Below are positions 1-8,675 of a stretch of DNA of 64,000 nt, one piece after another; position 1 is the first letter of the stretch; every line of letters starts with the position of its first letter. The stretch comes from an uncultured Candidatus Saccharibacteria bacterium (GTDB taxonomy: Bacteria; Patescibacteriota; Minisyncoccia; Phycocordibacterales; JAACPR01), in NCBI GenBank assembly GCA_964630375.1, contig CAZVRT010000005.1, positions 5,798 to 69,797 of the forward strand, read 5' to 3'. A program made the translations under genes and the position numbers. The notes under the pieces are model-generated. The model was not told the origin of the DNA and made no database searches. It saw only the letters and a program-made list of their open reading frames with translations.

Positions 1-61
1 AATGTAATCTTTCGCATGTCTTTTATCTTTTGAATTTCAAATTATTTAATGAGTCTAAATA

Positions 62-1297
62 TTATCGTGAGAAGTTCTTTTGTACAAATTTGAAAATTTT
101 ATTTCGTGAAATAGTTTTTTCTTTGTTGTTATTTAATGACTTAATTGTAAATTTGTTGGAATTTTTTTCATCTTCACCTATTGCGATAACAAATTGAGTT
201 CCGCGTTTAACAGCTTTGCTGATTTGGTCGCCAATTTTTCTTCCAGAAAAGTCTACAAAAACAGAAATGCCTTGAGTTCGTAATTCTTGTGCAAGTTCCG
301 CAGAAAAATCAAAAAACGCGTCGTTTATTGGGCAAATTGTCAGAACAGCAGGGAATTCATAATTTGGCAAAAGTCCGTAAGTTTCCAAAACATCGCGAGT
401 TGTTACATCTCCCATACCAAAACCAACCGCTGGAACAGATTCTTCTCCAAAAATTGTTGTCAGATTGTCGTATCGTCCACCACCAAAAATTGATCGATTG
501 TTTTCCGGGTCAGTGCTGAAAACTTCAAAAACAATTCCGTTGTAATAATCAAAACCTCGCACGAGAGTCGGTTCAAAACTCACATTAGAAATTCCGCGGT
601 TTCTTAATTTGTTTAACAAAACTTCCACAGCTTCGTTTTGCTCGATGATTGGATAAAAAGGTTTTCCAAACATTTTTTTAACTTGATCGTCAAAATCATC
701 AATTTTATTTTTTTTGTCCAAAAGTTTTTTATATTGATGAATTTGAATTTCATTTAATCCGGCGTCTTTCAAAATTTGTGACAAAGCCGTGATGTCATTT
801 ATTTTTATTTCAAACTGAGAATCTGCAAGGCCGAAATTTCGCAGAATTTTATAAGCAATTTCAATTACTTCTGCTTCGGCTTCTAAATTATTAACACCAA
901 AAATATCAGCGTTTAGTTGCCAGTGTTCTCGAAGGCGACCTTTTTGTGGGCGTTCGTATCGGAAAAGGTTGGGAATAGAAAACCAACGAACAGGAAAAGC
1001 GAGTTCTCTTTTTTTTGCTGCAATCATTCTTGCAACTGTTGGTGTCATTTCAGGACGAAGAGTTACAGGTCTGTCTCCACGATCTGTGAAATTGTATGTT
1101 TGTTCATTTACAATTTCTTCGCCGGACTTTGCAATATACAATTCTGTGGGTTCTAGAACAGATGCATTATACTTTTCATATCCAAAACTCTCCAAAGTAG
1201 ATTCCCAAACGAAAAAAATATAATCTTGGATAAATTGATCTTTTGGGAAAAAGTCTCTTACACCTTTATAGCTCTCAGTACTCACATTTTTTGACAT
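62..1297 (-). CDS. hisS: Histidyl-tRNA synthetase
   Basis: 411 aa; class II aaRS motifs including RGFDYYNGIVFE and GGGRYD, C-terminal anticodon-binding-like region. Confidence 0.9.
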   Translation of the reverse strand: MSKNVSTESYKGVRDFFPKDQFIQDYIFFVWESTLESFGYEKYNASVLEPTELYIAKSGEEIVNEQTYNFTDRGDRPVTLRPEMTPTVARMIAAKKRELAFPVRWFSIPNLFRYERPQKGRLREHWQLNADIFGVNNLEAEAEVIEIAYKILRNFGLADSQFEIKINDITALSQILKDAGLNEIQIHQYKKLLDKKNKIDDFDDQVKKMFGKPFYPIIEQNEAVEVLLNKLRNRGISNVSFEPTLVRGFDYYNGIVFEVFSTDPENNRSIFGGGRYDNLTTIFGEESVPAVGFGMGDVTTRDVLETYGLLPNYEFPAVLTICPINDAFFDFSAELAQELRTQGISVFVDFSGRKIGDQISKAVKRGTQFVIAIGEDEKNSNKFTIKSLNNNKEKTISRNKIFKFVQKNFSR

Positions 1298-1354
1298 ACG
1301 GATATTGTATCAGAAATTTTTATTTCTAAAATAAAAAAGTGTTATAATTGAAAG

Positions 1355-1591
1355 GTGAATGATTTTACTTCAAACGAAGTCGTGATAAATGTTTCGATTG
1401 ATTTTCTTTGGATTATTTTGCTATTAAATTTACTTTTTGTTTCTGCATGTAGCTGGATACTGGTACATCATTGGGGCTATTTTGGAATAAAAGGTAACAA
1501 TAAAATTTTTGCGAAGAGTTTGTATTTTATTGGAGTCGTGGCATTTTTTGTAATTTCCGTTTTGCTTTTAGGGGCTTATGATTTTATGTAA
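1355..1591 (+). CDS. Small hypothetical membrane protein (2 predicted TM helices)
   Basis: 78-aa ORF with two hydrophobic stretches; abuts the next membrane ORF. Confidence 0.3.
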   Translation: MNDFTSNEVVINVSIDFLWIILLLNLLFVSACSWILVHHWGYFGIKGNNKIFAKSLYFIGVVAFFVISVLLLGAYDFM

Positions 1592-1594
1592 TTT

Positions 1595-2128
1595 ATGGCA
1601 ATAAATCTTGAAAAAGACGAATATATAGTTTTTGAAGTTAGAAAACACTGGTTTAGTCTTGTGACTCCGGCGTTTATAATTTTGGCAGCGACTTTATTTC
1701 CAGTAGTTTTGTATTCCATTTTTTCTTTGCTGCCGGTAGAAATTGAAAGTGAAAACAATTTAAATGTTTTGTTTTTGTTTCTTTATACAAATTGGATAAT
1801 TATTTTATGGGTAATTTCTTTTATAATTTGGACAGATTATTATCTTGATGTTTGGGTTATTACAAATAAAAATGTTATTGATATAGAGCAAAAAGGAATT
1901 TTTCATCGTGAAATATCAACTACCAGACTTTCAAGAATTCAAGATGTGAACTCTGAAGTTAGAGGTTTGTTTCAAACTTTTTTAAATTTTGGAGATATTA
2001 CAATTCAAAATGCTGGAAATGATCGCCAATTTAAGATTTCAAATATAAATAATCCTACTCTTGTAAGAGAAAATATAGAAAAAGCGATTTCTAATTACAA
2101 CAAAGTAATTGAACATTCAGTTTTGTAA
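1595..2128 (+). CDS. Membrane protein with bacterial PH-like (YdbS/DUF304-like) architecture
   Basis: 177 aa; N-terminal basic segment, two TM helices, then a soluble C-terminal domain. Resemblance to bPH_2 family is from memory. Confidence 0.45.
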   Translation: MAINLEKDEYIVFEVRKHWFSLVTPAFIILAATLFPVVLYSIFSLLPVEIESENNLNVLFLFLYTNWIIILWVISFIIWTDYYLDVWVITNKNVIDIEQKGIFHREISTTRLSRIQDVNSEVRGLFQTFLNFGDITIQNAGNDRQFKISNINNPTLVRENIEKAISNYNKVIEHSVL

Positions 2129-2155
2129 TTTACCGATTACTGTTAAAATTAATTT

Positions 2156-2233
2156 ATGTCTGAAAATAAAATTCAAACAGCAATAGCAATCGTTGTCGCT
2201 TTATTAGTGGTGGCATATTTCTTGTTGTTCTAA
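2156..2233 (+). CDS. 25-aa hydrophobic micropeptide (MSENKIQTAIAIVVALLVVAYFLLF)
   Basis: ATG at 2156, TAA at 2231; single TM-like helix; not in ORF track because it is under 60 aa. Confidence 0.2.
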   Translation: MSENKIQTAIAIVVALLVVAYFLLF

Positions 2234-2239
2234 ACTTTT

Positions 2240-2947
2240 TTAAATATTTTTTCTAGCAGGAGAGTTTTTAATTAATTCAATGATTTCGTCGTCATTGTTT
2301 GTGATTTTGTAAAGATTTAAATCTTCCAAATCAATCATTGCTTGTTTTGCTAAAACTTTTTTAATAAATTTATCTAAACCTTTCCAATATTTTTTCCCAA
2401 CCAATATTACAGAAGGTGCTGGATCAATTTTTTTTGTTTGAATTAAAGTTAGGATTTCAAAAAGTTCGTCTAAAGTTCCGAATCCGCCGGGGAAAAACAG
2501 ATAAGCTTCCGAAGCAAACGCAAGACAAACTTTTCGTGCGAAGAAATATTGAAAATCCATGTGATGAGTTAAACAAAGATTTGTAGTTTGTTCGTGTGGA
2601 AGTTTGATTGTGAACCCAACAGAGCGACCGCCAACATCATAACTTCCGCAGTTTCCGGCTGCCATAATCCCAGGACCTCCTCCTGTAACAATTGCATGAC
2701 CAAGTTCAGTTGCAACTCTTCCAGCAAGTTTTTCTGCTTTTAAATACATCTTGTCTTCAGACAAAGTTCGAGCCGAACCCCAGAATGTAACTGATTTGCC
2801 TGTATTTTTTAGAAGTGTGAATCCATTTTTGAATTCTGCAGATATTCGCTCAACACGATTATTAGTTTCTTCGTCCAACTTTTCAAAAGTCATTGGCTCA
2901 ACATTTTTATAATTTCTTACTCGTCCTTCTTTTTTTCTTGGTGTCAT
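2240..2947 (-). CDS. LOG family protein (cytokinin riboside 5'-monophosphate phosphoribohydrolase-like / TIGR00730)
   Basis: Motifs GGGPGIMAAGNCG and PGGFGTLDELFE. Track ORF runs to 3124; start trimmed to internal ATG at 2947 (MTPRKK...) to avoid overlapping the next gene. Confidence 0.75.
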   Translation of the reverse strand: MTPRKKEGRVRNYKNVEPMTFEKLDEETNNRVERISAEFKNGFTLLKNTGKSVTFWGSARTLSEDKMYLKAEKLAGRVATELGHAIVTGGGPGIMAAGNCGSYDVGGRSVGFTIKLPHEQTTNLCLTHHMDFQYFFARKVCLAFASEAYLFFPGGFGTLDELFEILTLIQTKKIDPAPSVILVGKKYWKGLDKFIKKVLAKQAMIDLEDLNLYKITNNDDEIIELIKNSPARKNI

Positions 2948-3008
2948 ATTTGTATATTGTAGCTTGTTGAAGGTAATCAGTAAATTTTTAAAATAAAAAA
3001 GAGCGTCA

Positions 3009-3857
3009 TCAGCGACACTCGTAGGGACCAAGAATCCACACATTCTCAGCAGAAGTTTGAATTTTGGATGAAATCTGCTTGAAAGTAGACAACTTATGTC
3101 TAGGAACATCCACTTCCATAGCAAATCTGTAACCAGTTTCTTGCTTGTAGCTTTGAATATATAAAAGATTGATGCTTGCTTCAGAAAAAATCTTCAGAAA
3201 ATTCATCAATTCTCCTGTTTGATTTGTTAAATTAAAGAATATCAGGCAACAATTGCGTTCGCCTCGTGTAGATAAAACTTCAGATCCGTGATGAATTATC
3301 AAAAACGAAGTGAAAGTTGGATTGTCACCGAAGTCTTCTTTCAGGGTATGAAGACCTTTTTCCGAAGCTTTTTCGATTGGACCAAGTGCAGCCCAATTTT
3401 TGTAAGCTGGATTTTCGGCAACTTCAGAAATACCAATCCCGTTGTTTCCGACAATCATTGTGCGATTGACTCCAATTCCTGCAATTGATTTTCTGCAGGC
3501 TGGAATGGCTTGATCGTGACCAATAACTCCAATTAGGTCGGTAGGATGGGTGTCAGGATGGATGTGTAATCCGATTCTAATCCTTTCTTTGAGACAGCCA
3601 ATGACGGTCAGCCCAAAAGGTTTTTCTGCAGAAAAAGAATCAAAGTTACTTCTGATACGTCCTCCAGAATCAGTTCCAATTGCCAAGCAAGAGTAGGCGC
3701 CTGGGTTTTGTGACAGAGTCGGTAGAATTTCACGATTGTTATCTACGCGAATGATTTTGGAATGCTTCAACAAAGGTACTTTGTAGATTTTACCTGCTTT
3801 GATGAAAGTTCTCTCCGAGAAAGTTTTTCTTCCAAGAAGAATTACGGTCGGTTTCAT
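3009..3857 (-). CDS. pheA: Prephenate dehydratase (PDT domain + C-terminal ACT domain)
   Basis: N-terminal ...LLGRKTFSE..., NPTFTSFLII (matches N-x-TRF-x-V-L), ACT-like tail ...INLLYIQSYKQETGYRFAMEVDV. Confidence 0.7.
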   Translation of the reverse strand: MKPTVILLGRKTFSERTFIKAGKIYKVPLLKHSKIIRVDNNREILPTLSQNPGAYSCLAIGTDSGGRIRSNFDSFSAEKPFGLTVIGCLKERIRIGLHIHPDTHPTDLIGVIGHDQAIPACRKSIAGIGVNRTMIVGNNGIGISEVAENPAYKNWAALGPIEKASEKGLHTLKEDFGDNPTFTSFLIIHHGSEVLSTRGERNCCLIFFNLTNQTGELMNFLKIFSEASINLLYIQSYKQETGYRFAMEVDVPRHKLSTFKQISSKIQTSAENVWILGPYECR

Positions 3858-3932
3858 TTTTGTTTATTTATTTTGGGTTTGAATGTTCTTTTAGGGAGAC
3901 ATTAACAAACTTACGGCGGTATTACAATTTTG

Positions 3933-3967
3933 TGTAAAAGAAAAAAGCGGGCGACAAAGTCGCCCGC
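3933..3967 (-). terminator. Intrinsic terminator for 3988..4230 gene
   Basis: Perfect hairpin GCGGGCGAC-AAA-GTCGCCCGC (3947-3967), followed on the minus strand by TTTTTTCTTTT. Confidence 0.6.
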
Positions 3968-3987
3968 TTGCAAAAGGAAACGGAAAT

Positions 3988-4230
3988 TCAACGTCTGTTT
4001 CTCTTCTTCTTGAGATGCCTCTCCGGCGCTCTTTCGAATTCGAGATTTCGTTCGTCTTCTGCCTCTTCATGGGCTTCTTGCTCGACATAAAGCCTAGCGC
4101 ATTCCTCAGCTGACGCTTCAGAAATGACATCAGACCAAAAGTCGTCAAACTCTTCCTCAGAGGGTTCTTCTTTGAGACAACCATCTCCAAGAGGTCTGTG
4201 GATGTCGTGATTGAAGGGATCAAATTCCAT
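3988..4230 (-). CDS. Hypothetical small acidic protein with basic C-terminal tail (KKKRNRR)
   Basis: 80 aa; higher-GC segment; own terminator 20 nt downstream. The alternative frame 3891..4223 would read through the hairpin. Confidence 0.4.
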   Translation of the reverse strand: MEFDPFNHDIHRPLGDGCLKEEPSEEEFDDFWSDVISEASAEECARLYVEQEAHEEAEDERNLEFERAPERHLKKKRNRR

Positions 4231-4323
4231 TTTTATTGGGTTGTGGGTTAGAACTAAAACTCCTCAAAATAATAACATTAATTAAATAAAAGTCAATGAC
4301 CTGAAAAGCATAAGCAGCTTTTG

Positions 4324-4352
4324 TTGACCTGATTATTTTTTCGTGTTTATAT
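4324..4352 (+). promoter_or_regulatory. Candidate sigma70-like promoter for 4399 gene (TTGACC-17-TTATAT)
   Basis: -35 TTGACC at 4324-4329, 17-nt spacer, -10-like TTATAT. The octamer TGACCTGA also occurs at 4289-4296. Confidence 0.25.
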
Positions 4353-4398
4353 TCTTGACGGACTTTGGCATGAAGCCAAGTTTGAACCCTAAAAATAA

Positions 4399-4902
4399 AT
4401 GTACAGAGAACTAATTGCTGAAGTTGATGGATTCGACATTTCTCAATTCGTCAACGAAGAACTGCCGATTGCTGAAAACGAAGTCGAAATCTGCAAAGCC
4501 GATGACAACTTGTTGCGGCACTGGAGTGTTTGGAGACAATATAAGTATAAAATCAAAGACATAAAGAATCGTATCGTTGCGCTCAATCAAAGTCATGAAG
4601 ATTCTCATCTGGAAGGTAGTCTCACCGAAGAGCAACAGAAAGAATTCTGTCAAAAGACCGCTTTAGAACTCAACGTTCTTTGTGAAGAAGGAATGGGTCT
4701 TGCTACGAAACTCGACTTTCTTGGGGAACTTCTGCAAAGTGCTTTGGAGGAAATGATTTCTGATCCCGAAGTTTGTTTTATACGGCTCGCCGCTGACAAT
4801 GTTTTTGTTGGGAAGAAGCAAGGAGAACTCGATGAAGGTATCATGGAACTCAGATTGCTGTTGGCTATGAAGCAACTCGCTCCTTTGTTCTCGAACCTTT
4901 GA
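4399..4902 (+). CDS. Hypothetical protein
   Basis: 167 aa, no recognised domain; higher GC than flanks; divergent from the 3988 gene; followed by a terminator. Confidence 0.45.
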   Translation: MYRELIAEVDGFDISQFVNEELPIAENEVEICKADDNLLRHWSVWRQYKYKIKDIKNRIVALNQSHEDSHLEGSLTEEQQKEFCQKTALELNVLCEEGMGLATKLDFLGELLQSALEEMISDPEVCFIRLAADNVFVGKKQGELDEGIMELRLLLAMKQLAPLFSNL

Positions 4903-4927
4903 ACATCGAAAACTGTATCTATTTATT

Positions 4928-4960
4928 ATCCGTGACTGCAAAGTTACGGATGTTTTTATC
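4928..4960 (+). terminator. Intrinsic terminator
   Basis: ATCCGTGAC-TGCAAA-GTTACGGAT hairpin (8/9 bp) followed by GTTTTTATCTT. Confidence 0.5.
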
Positions 4961-5034
4961 TTAAAATGTGAGGTGCTTTTATAATTTGTCTAAAAAAATG
5001 ACAAAACACTAAAAATATTGTATTGTGAGCGGAC

Positions 5035-6273
5035 ATGAAAGAGTCTGAGAAATCGCCGATTTCGTTCAAAATTGTAAAAGAAATTCCGGGACAGTTGGGG
5101 CGGGCAGGAGAATTAGAAACAAAACACGGTGTTATAAAGACACCGGCTTTTGTTCCTGTGGCGACAAAAGCGACCCTGAAAGGACTTTTGCCTGAACAAA
5201 TAAAACAAACCGGAGCACAGGTTGTTTTGGCGAATACATATCATTTGTATCTTGAGCCTGGCGACAACCGCCTTGCACAAGCCGGCGGACTTCATAATTT
5301 TATGAATTGGCAAGGACCGACAATGACAGACTCGGGAGGTTTTCAAGTTTTTTCTTTGGGAGTTGCTTTTGGAAATAATGTTAAAAAAATTTCCGGTGCG
5401 GAAGAATTAAAATTGGAAGAGTTTAGTGTTTCATCAAGAGATGGTCGAACTGTTTCCGAACATTTCAAACCTGCAAAAATTGATCCAAATGGAGTGACTT
5501 TTCGTTCTCACATAGATGGTTCGGCGCATTATTTTACTCCAGAAAAATCAATCGACATTCAACACAACATCGGTGCGGATATTATTTTTGCTTTTGATGA
5601 ATGCACAGCGCCGGGCGAATCAAATCATTATCAGGCGGAAGCATTGGATAGAACTCATCGTTGGGCACGGCAGTCTTTGGATTATCATCGTTCAAAACCG
5701 GAGCAGGCAGAAAAGCAGGCATTGTTTGGAATTGTTCAAGGTGGGCGAGTTGAGTCTTTGAGAAAAGAAAGTGCGGAAGTAATTGGTGCGATGGATTTTG
5801 ATGGTTATGGTATCGGCGGAAGTTTTGAAAAAGAAGATATGTCGCAAGCTGTGAAGTGGGTAAATGAAATTTTGCCAAAAGAAAAACCGCGGCACTTGCT
5901 CGGAATTGGTGAGCCGGAAGATATTTTTATGGCAATAGAAAATGGTTGCGATCTTTTTGATTGTGTTAATCCTGCGCGAATTGCAAGAACCGGAACAATT
6001 TATACGACTCGCGGAAAAATAAATTTAAATAATGCAAAATTTCGCGATGATTACACTCCGCTTGATCCTGATTTGAATTTTGAAATTTCACAAAAATATA
6101 CACGGGCGTATTTGTCGCATCTGTTTCGTGCGGATGAAATGCTTGGTGCGATAATCGCGACGATGCACAATCTGCATTTTATAATTTCACTTGTGGATGG
6201 TACGAGAGAAGCAATTTTGGAAGGGAAATTTGAGGAGTATAAGAAGGAGTTTTTGGGGAGGTATAATTCTTAA
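5035..6273 (+). CDS. tgt: Queuine tRNA-ribosyltransferase (tRNA-guanine transglycosylase)
   Basis: 412 aa; TIM-barrel TGT motifs (VLANTYHLYL, DSGGFQVFS, GIGEPEDIFMAIENGCDLFDC); contains an insertion relative to canonical Tgt. Confidence 0.85.
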   Translation: MKESEKSPISFKIVKEIPGQLGRAGELETKHGVIKTPAFVPVATKATLKGLLPEQIKQTGAQVVLANTYHLYLEPGDNRLAQAGGLHNFMNWQGPTMTDSGGFQVFSLGVAFGNNVKKISGAEELKLEEFSVSSRDGRTVSEHFKPAKIDPNGVTFRSHIDGSAHYFTPEKSIDIQHNIGADIIFAFDECTAPGESNHYQAEALDRTHRWARQSLDYHRSKPEQAEKQALFGIVQGGRVESLRKESAEVIGAMDFDGYGIGGSFEKEDMSQAVKWVNEILPKEKPRHLLGIGEPEDIFMAIENGCDLFDCVNPARIARTGTIYTTRGKINLNNAKFRDDYTPLDPDLNFEISQKYTRAYLSHLFRADEMLGAIIATMHNLHFIISLVDGTREAILEGKFEEYKKEFLGRYNS

Positions 6274-6286
6274 CTCTTTAAAAGAA

Positions 6287-7279
6287 TCAGGAATGTCCCG
6301 AGTGTCTACCTTTTACTATTTGACGCTTTTGCCCAAAAATTTCTGGATTTAAAAATTCATAAGTATTTGGATCTTTCTGAATACCATCAATATGAATACC
6401 GGCTTCGTGTCTGAATGAATTTATTCCTACCACAGGTTTCTCATGTGTCGCAATTCTTCCAACTGAATTATAAACTAAGTCAGAGATACTTTTAATTTTT
6501 TTCAAGTCTATGTGAGTTTTAGTCTCGTAATAATCTGGTCTAGCAGTTATTGCCGCCAAAACTTCTTCCATTGGACAATTTCCACTTCGCTCACCAATTC
6601 CGTTAATTGTTGTCTGTACTTGGTCTATGCCTGCATTTATAGCAGCTAGAGTGTTTGCAGTGGCAAGACCCAAATCGTTATGACAATGTATACCGAATTT
6701 TTGTTTGGGAAACAAAGTCTTAATTTCTTTTACTAGAGAGTAAATTTCTGATGGTTGTGCATAGCCAACTGTATCAGCAATTGTAATGCAGTCAACTTCA
6801 AATTTTAATATTGTAGAAATCATTTCAAATAAAAAAGATTTTTCTGATCTTGTTGCGTCCTCAATACCAAAATAAACTTTTTCAAATTTTTTTGTAGATA
6901 TATTATTAAGAGTCCTTTCTGCGAGTTCTATTATCTCTTTTCTATTCATTCCTAATTTTTTATTTATATGCAAATCGGAAGCTGGTAGAAAAATATGTAT
7001 ACCAGAATGTTTTGCCTGTTTTAAAGATTCATAAACTGCATCGACATCAGCCTCTTTACATCTTGCAAAACCACATACAATTGTCTTTTTGCAAGATTTG
7101 GCTATTAATCTGCATGACTCAAAATCTTCAGAAGAAGAAGCCGGAAAACCAGCTTCAATTATGTCTACATTGAGATTTTCTAAAGCTTTTGCAATCTTTA
7201 GTTTTTGTTTGGGGTCTAAAGTATTTCCAGGTGCCTGTTCTCCATCACGGAGTGTTGTATCAAAAAATTCTAATAACAT
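6287..7279 (-). CDS. HMGL-like (2-isopropylmalate / citramalate / homocitrate synthase family) catalytic-domain protein
   Basis: LRDGEQ, HCHNDLGLATANTLAAINAG, NGIGERSGN, HEAGIH. Ends at the ...GRHSGHS boundary so lacks the LeuA regulatory domain. Start trimmed to MLLEFFDTTLRDGEQ at 7279. Confidence 0.7.
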   Translation of the reverse strand: MLLEFFDTTLRDGEQAPGNTLDPKQKLKIAKALENLNVDIIEAGFPASSSEDFESCRLIAKSCKKTIVCGFARCKEADVDAVYESLKQAKHSGIHIFLPASDLHINKKLGMNRKEIIELAERTLNNISTKKFEKVYFGIEDATRSEKSFLFEMISTILKFEVDCITIADTVGYAQPSEIYSLVKEIKTLFPKQKFGIHCHNDLGLATANTLAAINAGIDQVQTTINGIGERSGNCPMEEVLAAITARPDYYETKTHIDLKKIKSISDLVYNSVGRIATHEKPVVGINSFRHEAGIHIDGIQKDPNTYEFLNPEIFGQKRQIVKGRHSGHS

Positions 7280-7296
7280 TATGCTATTATAACATA

Positions 7297-8037
7297 ATGG
7301 AGTATAAGGATATGGGTATTTTGGCATCTGATATTTTTGCAAATAAAAAAGGCAACTCTTTGGTCATTACTCAATTATTTAAGGAATCCGTTCCTCTTTT
7401 TTCAAGTATTATAAAAAATAAAATTTCTGGAAAAAATAATCATATTTATTCTTTGCTGGACATTGGGAGTTATCAAGGAGAGTTTGTAAAGAATATTGTT
7501 AAAAGTTTGCCAGATATAAAATTTGAAATTTTTGCTGTTGAAAATAATAATTTTGCATTAGAGAAAAATTCTATTGCAATGCATAAAATTAACTCTGATG
7601 TTACAAATTTACCTTTCCTTGAAAGGGATTTTGATATTTCAATTATAAGATATGTTCTACATTGGAATTCATGGGAAAACCAAAAGAAAATTCTATCCGA
7701 AGCAATTCGTGTCACAAAAGATTTTTTGCTTATACAACATTTGGGAGGAGATGTTGATAATTATGATGATTGGCAAAATAGAATGAAAGAAATAATTGGC
7801 GGCATTATTCCGAAATTAAATAGAACAGATGCTTATTTTTCTACTGCAGAAGAAATAGAGAAATATTTTACATTGTCTAATGTAGAGTTTATCAGATTAC
7901 AGCATCGTAAGATAGAAAACTCATCGCAAGGATTTAGAGAAAGATTTGATCTAACTGATAATGAGTTTGTAACTATAAAAAATATCCTTGGAGACAAAGA
8001 TTATGTAATACAAACCACATGGCTAATTACTAGATAA
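7297..8037 (+). CDS. Class I SAM-dependent methyltransferase
   Basis: Motif I LLDIGSYQGEF; Rossmann-like beta strands. Track ORF 7189.. overlaps the divergent gene, so trimmed to ATG 7297 (MEYKD...). Confidence 0.6.
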   Translation: MEYKDMGILASDIFANKKGNSLVITQLFKESVPLFSSIIKNKISGKNNHIYSLLDIGSYQGEFVKNIVKSLPDIKFEIFAVENNNFALEKNSIAMHKINSDVTNLPFLERDFDISIIRYVLHWNSWENQKKILSEAIRVTKDFLLIQHLGGDVDNYDDWQNRMKEIIGGIIPKLNRTDAYFSTAEEIEKYFTLSNVEFIRLQHRKIENSSQGFRERFDLTDNEFVTIKNILGDKDYVIQTTWLITR

Positions 8038-8047
8038 TAGTAATTTT

Positions 8048-8080
8048 ATTTAGATAAAGAAAAAACCCGCCATGCCGGTG
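8048..8080 (-). terminator. Intrinsic terminator for 8089..8592 gene
   Basis: GC-rich hairpin CCCGCCA-TGCCGG-TGGCGAG, with an A-run on the plus side (T-run on minus). Confidence 0.45.
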
Positions 8081-8088
8081 GCGAGTTG

Positions 8089-8592
8089 TTAAAGAAGTTG
8101 AAGTTTTTTGAAGGGACCAGCATCCCCGATTTTTCCGTACCAAACAACTCTGACTAGAATTTGTCTCCCTGCGGAGTCAAATCCCATGAAGTTTATTGGA
8201 TTAGGACCTATTAAGAGTCGCACTGGCTTTGTGACCAGAATACGCGAGACTCCTGTGACATACTCGTTGTGCCAGCCAGCATGCCAACCCTGCGAAGGAT
8301 TGAGTGGCGACACAACAACATAATTTTTAGATCCGCCAAGAAACGGGATGTGGAACAGAGCATTTTGAAAAAAATTTCCTTGCTTCTGAACTTTTTCCGA
8401 AATTCCTTTGACTCTGCACATGATAGACGTGTCGAGTCCATCGGCAGAAAACCTAAAATTATTCCAGCGATGAGTCATCTGCGGACTCTCGCCGAATCCT
8501 CCCGAAATCCACGCGATTGCGTACATGATAGGGAGAAAAAGTATGTCTAATGTTTTTTCGAAAATGCCGAGCGGCTTGATTTCGATTTTCAT
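8089..8592 (-). CDS. Hypothetical protein (GC-rich; conserved-looking Cys/His/Trp residues, possible hydrolase)
   Basis: 167 aa; composition visibly GC-richer than neighbours; shadow ORFs appear on both strands; no family recognised. Confidence 0.45.
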   Translation of the reverse strand: MKIEIKPLGIFEKTLDILFLPIMYAIAWISGGFGESPQMTHRWNNFRFSADGLDTSIMCRVKGISEKVQKQGNFFQNALFHIPFLGGSKNYVVVSPLNPSQGWHAGWHNEYVTGVSRILVTKPVRLLIGPNPINFMGFDSAGRQILVRVVWYGKIGDAGPFKKLQLL

Positions 8593-8675
8593 TCAGAACT
8601 TTCTACTTAAAATTGTACTATATTTTAAATACCTTGTCAAAATACAGACAGAAATGTTATTATACTCAAATATTT

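Noticed and set aside
3891-4223. 110-aa alternative-frame ORF overlapping the 80-aa acidic protein gene
   Set aside because: It would read straight through the perfect hairpin terminator at 3947-3967. Its basic, low-complexity composition is typical of an out-of-frame translation of a GC-rich gene.
7189-7296. 5' extension of the methyltransferase ORF (track start 7189), and 5' extension of the LeuA-like ORF up to 7342
   Set aside because: The two extensions overlap each other on opposite strands. The conserved N-termini (MLLEFFDTTLRDGEQ and MEYKD...) start at 7279 and 7297 respectively.
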